This document shows, piece by piece, positions 31,091-44,940 of a stretch of DNA of 64,000 bases. Source of the stretch: the human T2T-CHM13v2.0 reference genome, Homo sapiens; the NCBI RefSeq assembly GCF_009914755.1, contig NC_060931.1, one strand, 5' to 3'. The position numbers and the translations under genes are program-made. Numbering within the stretch: position 1 is the first letter of the stretch; every line of letters starts with the position of its first letter. Under the pieces are notes generated by a model, which saw only the letters and a program-made list of their open reading frames with translations, did not search any database and was not told the origin of the DNA.

Positions 31091-33832
31091 TGTATCAGTT
31101 GCGGTTCTCCAGAGAAGCAGAACCAAGGGAATGCATATATACAGAAAAGTTTCATAAGGGACTAGCTCATGCAGTTATGGAGTGATATGGTTTGGCTGTG
31201 TCCTCACCCAAATCTCATCTTGAATTCCCATGTGTTGTACAAGGGACCTGGTGGGAGGTAATTGAATCGGGGGGTAGGTCTTTCCCGTGCTGTTCTTGTG
31301 ATAGTGAGTAAGTCTAACAAGATCTAATGGTTTTAAAAAGGGGAGTTTCCCTGTACAAGCTCTCTTCTCTTGTCTGCTGCCATGTGAGATGTGCCTTTCA
31401 CCTTCCACCATGTTTGTGAGGCATCCCCAGCCATGCGGAACTTTAAGTTCATTAAACCTCTTTCTTTTGTAAGTTGCCAGTCTCAAGTATGTCTTTATCA
31501 GCAGCATGAAAATAGATTAATACAGTAAATTGGTACCAGTAGAGTGGGGCACTACTGAAAAGATACTGGGAAATGTGGAAGCAACTTTGAAACTGGGTAA
31601 CAGGCAGAGGTTGGAACCGTGTGGAGGGCTCAGAAGAAGACAGGAAAATGTGGGAAAGTTTGGAACTCCCTAGAGACTTGTTGAATGGCTTTGACCAAAA
31701 TGCTGATAATGATACAGAAAATGAAAACCAGGATGAGGTGGTCTCAGACAGAGATGAGGACTTGTTGGGAGCCGAAGTCAAGGTGACTCTTGTTATGTTT
31801 TAGCAAAGAGACTGGTGGCATTTTGCTCCCCTCCTAGAGATTTATGAAGCTTTGAACTTGAGAGAGATGATTTAGGGTATCTGGTGGAAGAGATTTCTAA
31901 GCAGCAAAACACTCAAGTCGTGTCTTGAGTGAATGTTAAAGGTATTCACTTTAAAAAGGGAAACAGAGCATAAACGTTTGGAAAATTTGCAGCCTGACAA
32001 TGCAATAAAAAAGAAAATCTCATTTTCTGAGGAGAAATTCAAGCTGGCTGCAGAAATTTGCATAAGTAACAAGGAGCCGAATGTTAATCACCAAGACAAT
32101 GGGGAAAATGTCTCCAGGGCATGTCAGAGACCTTTGCAGCAGCCCCTCCCATCACAGGCCTGGAGGTTTAGGAGGAAAAAATTATTTCATAGGCTGGGCC
32201 CAGGGTTCCTTGGCTGTGTGCAGTCTAGGGATTTGGTGCCCTGCATCCCAGCCGCTTCAGCTGTGACTAAAAGGGGCCAAGGTACAGATTGGGCTGTTGC
32301 TTCAGAGGATGGAAGCCCCAGGTCTTGGCAGCTTCCACGTGGTGTTGAGCCTATGGGTGCATAGAAGTCAAGAATTGAGGTTTGGGAACCTCCACCTAGA
32401 TTTCAGAGGATGTATGGAAACGCCTGGATGCCCAGGCAGAACTTTGCTGCAAGGGTGGGGCTCTCATGGAGAACTTCTGCTAGGGCAGTGTAGAAGGGAA
32501 ATGTGGGGTCAGAGCCCCCACACAGACTCCCTACTGAGGCACTGCCTAATGGAGCTGTGAGAAGAGGGCCACAATTCTCCAGACCCCAGAATGGTATATT
32601 CACTGAGAGCTTGCACCGTGCACCTAGAAAAGCCACAGACACTCAACACCAGCCCATGAAAGCAGCCGGGAGGGAGGCTGTACCCTGCAAAGCCACAGGG
32701 ACAGAGCTGCCCAAGGCTGTGGGAGCCCACCTCTTGCATCAGCATGACCTGAATATGAGACATGGAGTCAAAGGAGATCATTTTGGACCCTTAAGATTTG
32801 ACTGCTCCACTGGATTTCAGACTTGCATTGGGCCTGTAGCCCCTTTGTTTTGGCCAATTTCTCCCATTTGGAATAGCTGTATTTACCCAGTGTCTGTACC
32901 CCCATTGTATCTAGGAAGTAACTAACTTGCTTTTGATTTCACTGGCTCATAGGGGGAAGAGATTTGCCTCATCTCAGGTGAGACTTTGGACTATGGACTT
33001 CTGAGTTAATGCTGAAATGAGTTAAGACTTTGGGGGACTGTTGGGAAGGCATGATTGGTTTTGAAATGTGAGGACATGAGATTTTGGAGGGGCCAGGAGC
33101 AGAATGATATGGTTTGGTTGTATCCCTACCCAAATCTCATCTTCAATTCCCATGTGTCAGAGGGACCCTGTGAGAAGTAATTGAATCATGGGGGCAGGTT
33201 TTCCTGTGCTGTTCTTGTGATAGTGAATAAGTCTCACAAAATCTGATGGTTTTAAAAAGGGGAGTTTCCCTGCACAAGCTCTCTTCTCTTGTCTGCTGCC
33301 ATGTGAAACATGCCTTTCCCTTCCCTCATGATTGTGAGGCCTCCCCAGCCATGCGGAACTGTAAGTCCATTAAATCTCTTTCTTTCGTAAATTGCCCAGT
33401 CTCAGGTATGTCTTCATCAGCAGCATGAAAACTGACTAATACATGAAGGCTGAGAAGTCCCATATCTGCCATCTGCAAGCTGGAGACCCAGAAAAGCCAA
33501 TGGAATCACTCAGTCTGAGTACCAAGGCCTGAGAACCAGGTGAGCTGATGATGGAAATCCCAGTTCAAGCGCAGGAGCAGATGAGATGTCCCAGCTCAGC
33601 AATGAGGCAGAAAAAATGGAGGGAGAATTCCTCTTTTTTCCACATTTTGTTCTCCTTGGGCCCTCAATGGATTAGATGATACCCAGCAATATTGAGGAGG
33701 GCAATTTACTGTCCTGAATCCGCAAATTCACATGCCAATCTCATTCAGAAACACCCTCACAGACACACTCAGAAAAAAAGGGTAACCTGGACACACCATG
33801 GGAATGGAATTGACACATACAGTTTACCATTA
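31091..33832 (-). mobile_element. MLT2B-type ERVL LTR split by a THE1 insertion
   Basis: ggttctccagagaagcagaacc…gctcatgcagttatggag | gctgagaagtccc…aaacaccctcacagacacac. Confidence 0.8.
31183..33443 (+). mobile_element. Full-length THE1A/B MaLR (LTR 31183-31524, internal 31525-33104, LTR 33105-33443)
   Basis: Two TG…CA LTRs (tgatatggtttgg…taataca), THE1-int with degenerate ORF pieces (MWESLELPRDLLNGFDQNAD), TSD tggag/tgaag. Confidence 0.95.
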
Positions 33833-34782
33833 GACTTGTCTGGGGCTCACCCCAAGCTGCAGAATGAGAGGACCCTAATGAATTCAGGGAGTGGCAAAGT
33901 CAGAGCTCACAGGACCCTGATAAAGTGAAAAGAAAAGGGACTCTCTTCTCATTTCCTTGTTCTCATTAAACCTTTCTCTGCAGGGCTTTGTTTTGGAGGA
34001 GAAAAGCCTATGTGTTTTGTCAATTTAGACTTACCGATTAGTGACAGAGAAGAAACATGAGAAAGGACTCTGACTGGAAGGACAGCCCCATGGTCTTCCC
34101 TCTGCAGGACAGCCTGGTGTGGTGAAAGCAAAGGTTGAACCAAAGCACAGGTCCTGAGTTCTGCCATTCCCTGCTGGGGGCTGGCTGTCTCCAGCATCAG
34201 GCCTCTCTGCTCTGAGATTACAGTTTATAGTTATTCCTGCAGTGAGGAAGACTTTAATCTTGGTAGGAAAGTCATTTCAACAGCACGTAACAAAGAACAA
34301 GCATGTGAGAGACAGAGAAGACAGAGGATGTGAAGCATGACAATGGTGGCTGGAAGGGCAAGAAGCCCCAAGGCTCACCCGAGGGATAGAAGGTAATGGG
34401 CAGGGCCAGTGCAGTAACTCAGTGGCTGCATCCTTGGGGGAGAAGCAAAAGGCAAGGAAGAGAATATCTGCATGTCTTGAAGATGAACTAGAGATGCTTG
34501 GGATTGTTGGTTGAAGACCACCCCGAAACGTGTTTCCCACATGCTGTATAAGAAACACACAAAAAAGAGAATGGATGAGTGAGTGAGGAGTAAATGCTGG
34601 CAAGTTAGTGCGTTGCTTGACTTTAGACCATTTTAGTAAACGGAGTAGAATTGGCACGAATGGCTAGGGCCCAAGATGAGGTGTCTTACTGTCTGCAAAG
34701 GATATTTGCTATCTCTTGAGTGTGTGTTGGGGGTGGAGGCCTACAGAGCTTCTGCATCTCTTTCTGGGGTTTGAGGAATCCC

Positions 34783-34786
<4 letters not shown>

Positions 34787-34832
<46 letters not shown>
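34787..34832. repeat. (AC)23 microsatellite
   Basis: Perfect dinucleotide run. Confidence 0.98.
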
Positions 34833-34833
<1 letters not shown>

Positions 34834-37800
34834 AGGAACCCATCTCTCAGTGAGAAGCTGGACAAGCCCCTTGCATAGACCGCAGAGCATGTCAACTCCA
34901 ACTGTGGGGGAAACAGATGATGTAACTGAGCATTCTATGCCTCAAAATCCTATTTCCCTGTTGATATTAGTTATAAACTCCACCAGGACAAGGAATCCAC
35001 TTGGCTGGCTACCCCTGCATCCAGATAGAAAAAGTGAAAGATAGAATATGCATGTGTGAGTGCAGAAGGAGAAAGAGAAGGGGAGGAGGGTGAGGAGAGG
35101 AGGGGGCCAGGCCCTGCTACCTGCAGATGAGCCCAGTTCCTCTCAGCTTCCCCCTCTGCATGAGCCAGCAGAATGCCTCCACACCCCCACCCCAGTCCCA
35201 GATTTTCCATAGCAGCTGAAGGAAGATTCATCAGCATGTCAGCACCAGATGTTTTCTGTTTTTTCTGTGGAAAGTAACCTGACCCCTTTCCCACCTGACG
35301 ATCCCAGTCACAGCTGTCACAGTAACCAAGGACACAGCGCCTTTTTTTTGTTGTTTTTCTAAGAAAATACCAAGATGAAAATCAGGAAGAACAAGGGAAA
35401 GCCATCTCCTAGCTGTCGTGGATCTCTTAGAGCATAGGTGTGCCCTGTAACCTGGCAATGCACCCGGAAAACAAAGCGTGCGACCTCAAGGGTTATCACC
35501 TGCATTTTGCAGAAACCTAAGAGAAATCCACATCAGTTGCTTGGGAGAAAGTGTTTCCTCTTCATTACACAAGTTCTTCGTAGAAAATAATATATAATAT
35601 TTCTTTATTTGGGTTTTCTTGGACAAATCCTCTATAGGGCAGCAGTTTCCCATGGCAGCTAGGCCAAGAGATTCCTGATCAGAGACTGCCATCTGCTGGA
35701 TGAAGGGGATGGCCAGAGGCTTCTGTGCTTCGTTTTGTTTTGTTCTGAATTCTAAGAAACAAATTGCAGGGCAGATGGGGTCTGATTAATGCAGAAGGGA
35801 GTGCTTTTGGCATTGATTGACAAGGAAATTGGCTTTTCTGATGCAACCATAATGGATCAGCCATGGTTACGGCTTTCCCCTGTGTTAGCCCTCAGTAGGG
35901 TTATGTCTACCTCATTTGGCAGAAAGTTAAGGCTCAGCGAGGCTAAACCACAAATACAGAGTTACCCAAGTAATAAGCAATAGAACTGGGACTGGGACCT
36001 TGGACTATTAGATCCCAAAGATGCTTGATCATCCCAGAGTGAGTCAGAGGCAGTTAGAGGATGAGATTCTTAGGCAAGGAAGGAAGTGAGATGCTAGAAG
36101 GGTCGCAAGGAAGAAAAAGAGAGAAAGAAAGGGAAGAAGGTTGGTGGTGGGACCTAAGCTCCAAACACTCTCCGTCCTCACCAGGATGGCTCAGGATGAA
36201 CCCAGAGCTCTCACATAGATGGACAGACTCACAATGGCCAGGAAGGAAAAAAAAGGATGAAGACCACAAGTAGGTATAACCATGCACTTGCAGAGAAGAG
36301 GGGGCATATTGGGCTGTGAGATTGTATAACCAGTGCATCAAGGGACACGGAATCAGTGGCACCATTTCCTGAGTCTGCAGTATAAAGGTTAGCTGGCTGC
36401 CCAAGGAGAAACACAGCAAGTCAAAGAGAGGTCAGAGGTTTCTCCCTGAGGTCTTTATACAGAGATCATGATGTAGCGTAGTCAAGGACAGCCTCACCGA
36501 TGTCCTCATGGCGAGCAAAGTCATGCATTTTACAGGGCTCTGTCTTAGAATGTCCCTGCAATGTACATTACATTTTAGGAGCATTCAGGAAAAGTACTGC
36601 AATAAAAGAAAGCCATGTGGTCCCCAGAGCACTCTGATGATGTGGCTTAAGGCTGGGACCAAATGAACAGTATTGAACACTAGCAAATGCCTAGGTGCTT
36701 GTCTCCGTGAGTTTTCTTTGCGACGCATTTTGACAAGCGTGGGATAGCTCTGAGTTTGACATTTTATCTTCTGAGATGAAGCTGGAGAGAAGCCAGTCCA
36801 GGCATCCCGTGCTGCAGTGGCTTTTAGGGGAGCTGAGGACGGCAGTCTTCCTGTGTCCAGGCCCCCCAACCAACCTCCTCCACAGATGGGCAGAAGAATC
36901 TCAGTGAACTGCATTAAAATTGGTCTTTACCCCATGAAAGATTGGCAGTGGTGCAGGAAAAAGAACAAAGGGCCAAGCCTCAGTCTCCCCATCATCAAAT
37001 TAGAAGAGTTAGCTAGATCCGTGATTTCAAACTTCCCTCAATCCAGCTCCCTGCTCAGCCCTGTCCCAGCCCGGCCCCAGAGTCCTTCCCTGAGTGCTGC
37101 AGCTGCAGCGGGACTGAGAATTCCCACCCTGAATGCTACAGCTGCTTCCCAAGTATGAAGCTGAACAAATGAATTTTCTCACCAACTTGCTCACATGTCT
37201 GACCTGACAGTGCACCTGTACCTCAGCTCCTCCTCTCTGCAGTCCGCCTAGGGCCCTCCCCACTACACTAAAGAGAGGCGTTACCTGTCCTAGGAATAGC
37301 ACACTGTTCCCTGCTCTCCCCCCACCATGCCCCAGCAGCTTCCCAAGCTTGGCATTCCTACCAATTCATGTAAGCCAATCCCAAAGGACTCTATTTATAG
37401 TTTTCAAATATTGGCACATGAGCTGCTTCCAGCCTGCCAGGTACTTTCTGAGAAAGAACACAGTACAGCTCTCTCTTGCTCGCTCTGCCTCTCTCCCTCC
37501 TACCTCTCTCCTTCTGTGTGTGTCTCTCTCTCTCCCCAAATGCTGCTTTTAAGCCTATCAGCCCCTTCACCAGGGACTGTGAACACAAAGACCAATGCAA
37601 AAAACATCTTCAACTGAAGCCATTCCAAATTGGAAACAAGCCACCATCCATGGAGAGTTTGGGATGGTTTGGAAAAAAGTATTTTGCTATTGCCAAAGTT
37701 CTAATTCAGCATCCTTTGAAATCTTACATTCAAGAAGTAGTCCTTATATAACACAAATTTGGTGAGAACATTCCAATGCTCATCATTCAGGTGTCAGGAA

Positions 37801-38389
37801 AAGATCCAAATAATAAAAAACTTAAATGAGTCCTTATTTTTTTTTCCACTGGGGCACATATGGCATTCACATGTAAGAAACACTCATAAATGTGTGCCCA
37901 GTATTACCCACGACTCACTGGAACCCCAGGCCAGGGGTGGGGACCACAGACACTGAGTGATGGTACAGGAAGAGGAAAGGGGTAGGCCTCCTCCACTGGG
38001 CAATGGTTTACTTCTGTGACAACAGGGTCTCCATAGCACAGCATGGTGCCCAGCATGATGATGGGCATCGTTCCTGCACCCTGGGGTCCCCAGAGCTGTT
38101 TGGGGTCCCACTGATGGGATGCAAGTAGAGATACCGGACAAGAGCTGGAGTGAGCTGAGGCTGCTAATGTTGCCCCATGGCAGGCATCAAAAGTTTCTTC
38201 CTGCCCAGGCTGGGTTGGAGCAAGGAAGACCCTAAGCCTCCCCAGCATCTACCGTATTGTTAGATCTGGAAGTGGGAGCCCTCAGAGAGTATAACTTTGA
38301 ACCCTATCACAAAATGCTGATATAAGACACAAACAGAGAGCATTCCCCTCTCTGTGCCTTGGCCCACACCTGGGATTGGTGGAGCCTCA

Positions 38390-38720
38390 CATCTCTATGA
38401 CCTTTAACCTTCACCATCACTGCAGTTGCCTGACTTCTCTTGTTGCCAGAACACACAGAGCTCATAACCAGGGAGCATTTGCAGGTATTTCTGCCTCTGT
38501 CTGGAATGCTCTGTCTCCTCTCCTTTTCACTCTGCCACCTGGCTCTCCCTGTTGGAAGGGCCACTATCTGAAACTGCCTTATGTCTTCATATGTTTCACG
38601 TGTGCAGCTGTCTCCCCTAGTAGAATGTAAGCTTCAGGGGACAAGGCACTGTTTTATTTATCACCATACCTCCTGCATTTAGCATGTTAATTAGTCATAG
38701 TATTTGTTCAATTAGACATG
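38390..38720 (+). mobile_element. L2 3' end fragment
   Basis: gcatttgc…tctggaatgctct…tagaatgtaagct…tatttgtt. Confidence 0.65.
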
Positions 38721-39439
38721 GCAAATTGATACTAGCTACTCTTTATTGAGTACCTATAATGTTGTCAGAGAGTTCACATGCCTTCTGGGAAGTTCCCAGA
38801 ACAATTCCATGAGACACAAACCTCACACCCAGCTTCAGTCAAGCTGGAATACTATCATTAATATATGCAAATTCAGTAAAGGCAGCTTTATATGAAAGTA
38901 AGGTACCATTCCCTGAGCCTTCTAATGGGCCATCTGACCAGGGGAGCAGTGGGAGTAGAGAGAAGTGGGTGAGTCCCAGGGTCAGATGTGGAGGGTGAAG
39001 CATGTTCACATGTCTGTGCTCCTAGGAATGTACCTCTGCATCTGGGGTGATGCTTCAGCCTCACCCACAGTGCCCTACACACCTGTCATGCACCATTTAC
39101 TGGAATGGGTTGTTAGGAGAACGTTCTGCACATTTACAGGGTTTAACCTTCATCCTGGAGAAAAATCACAGCCCTCAAGCTTCAAAGATTCTCATAGAAA
39201 ATTTCTGGAAAATAGAGATCTCTAGAATTACAAGTCAGAATTGATGTGATTCTTCTGAGACTGAACTTGGAACCAATACAAATGAGAAAAAAGCAGAAAG
39301 AATGTGCGCCAGACCCACGTCTGCCCCACCCCCCGCCACTGCAGCCTTCTACTCCTCCCCACCCCGTCCTACAGAATCCAGTTCTGACCACCGCTGTCAC
39401 TCAGCGTCTCTCCAGTTATCCCCAAGGGGCTCGTCAGTA

Positions 39440-40310
39440 CCAGAGAAATGTAAACTAGAACCACGATCCAGTGCCCCTTTGAACCATCAAACTGGCAAAA
39501 TATAAAAAATAAGAAACCAAGCATTGGTGAGGATGTGGAGCAGTGGAAACCCCCCTACACTTCCAACTGGAAGGTAACGTGGCCCAACCACCTGGAAAAT
39601 CAATTTGACAAAATTTAACAGAACAGAGCATATACAGACTCTACAACACAGTCATTCCACCCAAAAGAGACAAGTGCCCATGTGCTTGGGAGACGGCCAG
39701 CTGTGCAGAATGGCTCTCTGCCCACTGGAAACCAAGGAGGGAAGGCAACAGCCAGCACTCCCTCGGGAGTACAATTAATAAACAGGTTGTGGTATCTTCT
39801 TCGCACATGAAATATCATAGAGCAATACCAGTAAATGAACTCACCACATCTGCAGGCTTAAGAAAAATCATAAGACCAAACCAGAGAAATTAATAAACTA
39901 CAGTTACATCAACAAGTTACAATGTTTCAAACACATACTATTGCCTGAATAAAAAGTCAGTTTCAGAATGGTGGACACATTGTAATTCCATGTACATAAA
40001 TTTCACAGTAGGCTCCACTAAGCAACTAAGCAATGCATTGTTTTGAAGAGTGGATGTCTGAGATTAGACTATAAAGCAAAGGAATGTGATTAACATGAAA
40101 TCCCAAGCAGGGGTCCTCTGGGGTGGGAGAGGAGGAGGCATCTAGAACACCTGGGGAAAGGTGTGCAGAGATATTTAAGGGTATTGTGTGGGGAATTCTA
40201 TAGGAATTATTTGCGTTAATTATTATTATTAATATTCTTTAAAATGTACAATATGTTTATATAGTCTTTACTCTTTAGAAGACATTTCACAATTTAGGGA
40301 ATTAAAAATA
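39440..40310 (+). mobile_element. L1ME 3' remnant
   Basis: aaactggcaaaat…gcattggtgaggatgtggagc…ggaaaatcaatttg. Confidence 0.65.
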
Positions 40311-41589
40311 CAAAAGTAATGAGTCCTTCATGTTACGACATTCCTGACATAAGCATAACACACTATAAGTAGATCCGTAAGACTCAATGACTAATTTTCC
40401 CCTTCTAAAAGAAGGAAATTAAGAATAAAGACTAAAGGACAGGGATGGAAATTATACCTGCATACAGATCTTTAATCCCAATCTTGCTCTGTTACACAGA
40501 GATTATTTTACCTTTTAGCCCCATTTGCCATTTTTACTTAGTACTTGTGTTGCTCTATTCGAGTTCATATTCTTGGCACTCAGAATGTTTTCTGGCATGA
40601 AAGTTGGAGAAACTTGGGTAACCTTTCAGAGAGTCTCCTGAGCTCGACATATCAAACTTAACTGCCAGGATATTTTTAAATTATCTGCTGTGATTCATGG
40701 AAGTCAGCTCCTATGGCCGGCCACTGAGCATTTTGTTGACAATGATTTGCTCCTCTGGGCCAGGCTCTGGGAGGACACTTGTTTCAGGAAAGGAAGGAAG
40801 CCCAAGACACAAAGCCTACAGATTAAAAGCCAGTGGCCTGGGCCTGGATGAGAGGAGCTCTGGGGTCTGGGGGATCCAAGAGGCAAGGCCACAGGCTCCT
40901 GGAGGAGGGGAACGGCTCCCGGAGTGGACTCCACTGAAAGTGGGCTTTGGAAGGTCCTGGGCTATTACTGGTGGAAGGACATTCCATCAAGACACACAAG
41001 AGAATCCCATCAAGACACACTTACCTCAACTTTTAAAAAATGCACATTTTATTCCTCTTCTGTTGCATTATGAGGCACACATAAAATTCCTCTTTTTTAT
41101 GGACAGAACTGCCCATCTCAGGGCCTGCAGGATGACATTCAGAAGCCGGTGCTCTGCTGGAACCCACTGTTCCTTGCTCTCTGTCACCATCAGCTCCTCA
41201 CTCCGAGTCTGATTCTCCTCATGACTCCGGGTTTCAGGAGGCCACGGATCAACTTCTGCCATCAGCCCCTTCCCTTCTCAGGGCCTTGCCTGACAGCTTC
41301 CTTGTCAGCCTGTGTGCACTGGGCATCTACTGTATGGTTCATTTCTGGAAGGTGCCCCTGAAGCACAGACATCACTCGTAGAACGACTAGGCTCTCTGAG
41401 AGCTTGTCATGGACACAGAACTCTCAAAGAATTTTGAGGGGGAGATGAGTAAGGTATTTCATCAGAGGCAATGTCTGAACATGGAGGTGACAATGTGCAG
41501 AATCCCGTTTACCTTCCTCCTTCTTTTCTGCAACGTCTTCAGCCTGCTGCATCCCACAGGAGTCATCCACAGAGATGCGCTACTCAGAC

Positions 41590-41942
41590 CCATGAAGAGA
41601 AGGACTTGTGGCCCAGCTAGCTGCAGGACCATGGCCGCCTGGCAGCCTCCTCTGCTGATCTTCTCAACTTCCCCTCTGTATTCAAGCACACGCTTCCTGA
41701 GCAGCCACTGGCCCAGGACTGAGATAGTCAGGGGCCCATGGCCTGACCCTCCCCACCCTCAGAGGCAGCTGAGATGGGCTAGCAGACGGGCTGGCAGTGA
41801 GGTCCGAAGAGCTGCCTGGTGGCTCTTTTTGCCCAGTTTCACTTCCTCCTCTCCTCCAGGCACTGAGGTTCCTCCCCAGTATGCCTTCTGTACACCTAGC
41901 TCTCTGTCTGTGTCTACTTTCAGGAGGACACCACCCACGATA
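41590..41942 (+). mobile_element. LTR16-like ERVL LTR
   Basis: GC-rich text ending ccttctgtacacctagctct…tgtctactttcaggagga, resembling LTR16 3' ends. Confidence 0.45.
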
Positions 41943-42570
41943 CTTCAGTTCCACTTAACCCCTAAACCCATCAAATATTGCTTCAAAATAGGATCCCATT
42001 GATTCATTATTCCAGAGATGTAAATGTGTGCATACCACATTCTTGATGTATTTTAACACACGAAACAGCTCCAAGCCAAAAGAATAAAAATCCAACTGTG
42101 AACCTTCAAGCATCACAATATCTATGTGCATTTCTTGCCTTATTGCTGTCAAGCCCCCTGACTTTCCATTGCTCCAGCCCCAGGGAATCTCTTCCTGTCT
42201 CCACAAACCATCTCGAGAAATGTCTGAACTTTTAGCCAGGCACTCTCTTCTCTTCCACAGCTTTCCTATCCAGCAAACCTCACGAACTCTTGTAAAAATC
42301 ACCTCCAAATCACTGAAAGTGTGAGTTGCCTCTTCTCTATAAACCTTAGGATTTCTTCCACATCTACCATAGGCTGTCTCTCTCTCTCTCTGTTCTCCTT
42401 GGCCAATTACATCTCTACTTGTTCCATTACAGCCAGAGCCCATCCTAAAGATTGACATTATACCCCATTCACCTTTGCATCCCCAGTATCTAGCACATAG
42501 AGGGTGTTAACAGTGAGGTTTTGTTGAGTGAATGAATGAATAAATGAACAAGTGAATAAACAAATGATAC

Positions 42571-42874
<304 letters not shown>

Positions 42875-43171
42875 GGCTGGGCTCAGTGGCTCTCGCCTGT
42901 AATCCCAGAACTTTGGGAGGCCAAGGCGGGCAGATCGCGAGGTCAGGAGATCAAGACCATCCTGGCTAACACGGTGAAACCCCATCTCTACTAAAAAATA
43001 GAAAAAATTAGCCAGGCGTAGTGGCGGGCACCTGTAGTCCCAGCTACTCAGGAGGCTGAGGCAGGAGAATGGCGTGAACCCGGGAGGCGGAGCTTGCAGC
43101 GAGCCGAGATCGTGCCACTGCACTCCAGCCTGGGCGACAGGGCGAGACTCAGTATCAAAAAAAAAAAAAAA
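42875..43171 (+). mobile_element. AluY inserted in the A-tail of the preceding AluSp
   Basis: gaccatcctggctaacacggtg and gaatggcgtgaacccgggaggcggagcttgc diagnostics. Confidence 0.93.
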
Positions 43172-44623
43172 GTGATTTGGCATGGTAACTCTCCCAACAT
43201 CCCTTAAGCTATATAAACCATTAGCTACTCTTCCCATACACTATGTCCACCCCGGGTTTGAAAAACAAACCAGATAATGTGGAAGAAGAACTCCTAGATG
43301 AGAAATCAGAAGACACAATTTATGGTTCAACCACCTATACAAAGTGTTTGACTTTGAGTGAACGAGTTTCCCTCTCTGGCCTTAGAGCCCCCGTTTTCTT
43401 ATCAAATTATGTGTCTACCACATGCCAGGGGCCCTTCCTGCAATATCCCCTGAGACTCTGCAAAGTCTTTCTGCCATTTCGGTTGCATTTGCTTTCTTTT
43501 TCAATCTGCATCCCATATCCCTCCCCCAGCAGGCAGAGTGTCAGCAGGTACAGCATTCCAGGTGGATGGGTTTAACTCTTGGGAAAGCATCTGCCATTTG
43601 TTTATTTGTTTCTCTACTGACTCCAGAAAAGAAATAATAAAACGCTCATAAAGGAATTGGCAGAACTAGCAGAAAATTTAAGCCAAAACATGTGTGAGTG
43701 TATTGTAAAGTCCAATACTTTAAAATCCCTAAACGCTTCTTTTCCAGAAGCAAGAAGAGCTGCTTAGTCTAAGACTGGGGTATAATCTATAAGAGCTACA
43801 TTGTCCAATAAAAATCTCCATAGCTTAGAGTTAGAGATAGGGATGGAGCTAGAAGAAAAGGCAGCAACAGAGATAGAGATAATAGAGGCAGAAAGAGAGA
43901 GAAAGACAGATAGAGTTGGGCAGGAAGCACAGGAGGTCGGCAAGGCAAAGGGATCATGTTATAAAATGAAAATCTGAACAAATTCTTCTGTTCACTCAAT
44001 CAAATTTCACTCTTGATTTGAAGCAGAAATGCACATCAAAAAGGTGAGATCCTCCACAGAGAGAGAGGTTGCCACTCGGGTGAACTGTACAGCTCTCCAC
44101 TCTCCCTCCCCTTCCTCCCAGGAACTGGCCAGATGAGACCAGATGGTCCCACCAGATGTGGTTTTGTGCCTGTGCACTCATCATTATGAATTCCACCCCA
44201 GCCCAGTGATTGGGTTTGAATGGTTGACTAGGATCTAAGCTCATTTTTAAACCCCAGGACTTCTGTTCTCCCCTCCCTCCCTGTGTGTATTCCAGCACCT
44301 CCACCCCATCTCTGAATCCCTTAGGGGGACTTGCCTGGTGATGGGCACACCCCATGGTCTGGGCCACTGGCCCCTGGGCTGCTGGCTGTCAGAATGGTGC
44401 AGCCATCACTCATAGGGAGGACTCACCACTTTCTATTGGGCACTGGTCCAAGTTTTGCTCTCAGCAGTAGGGTTGTTTCCTAAATGTTAACATTGTGGGT
44501 CTAAATTATATCTTCTATGTTACATCCTGCACCCAGAAGCAGCATAAAAGTCTTTCACAACATGTATCTTACTCTGCAGTTCAGAGAGTATCATACGCAC
44601 CATAGATGTGAGGAAGCAGAAAT

Positions 44624-44940
44624 TTATTTATTTGTTTATTTATTTATTTATTATTTTTCAGATGGAGTTTCACTCTTATTGCCCAGGCTAGAGTGCGGTA
44701 TGTTCTCAGCTCATTTCTACCTCTGCCTCCTGGCCTCAAGCAATTCTCCTGCCTCAGTCTCCCAAGTAGCTGAGATTATAGGCACCTGCCACCACACCCG
44801 GCTAATTTTTTGTATTTTTTAGTACAGACAGGGTTTCACCATGTTGGCCAGGCTGGTCTTGAGCTCCTGACCTCAGGCAATCCACCCTCCTTGGTCCCCC
44901 AAAGTGCTGAGATTACAGGTGTGAGCCACCGCACCCAGCC
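44624..44940 (-). mobile_element. AluSq/Sx
   Basis: Antisense Alu with (TTTA)n tail; TSD aggaagcagaaat (44611-44623 / 44942-44954). Confidence 0.93.

Noticed and set aside
31621-32925. ORFs of 60-143 aa as host genes
   Set aside because: They are broken pieces of the THE1 internal ORF.
40697-42458. ORFs of 171, 197 and 167 aa
   Set aside because: No recognisable domain or exon structure, partly overlapping LTR16-like and L2 remnants; consistent with chance.
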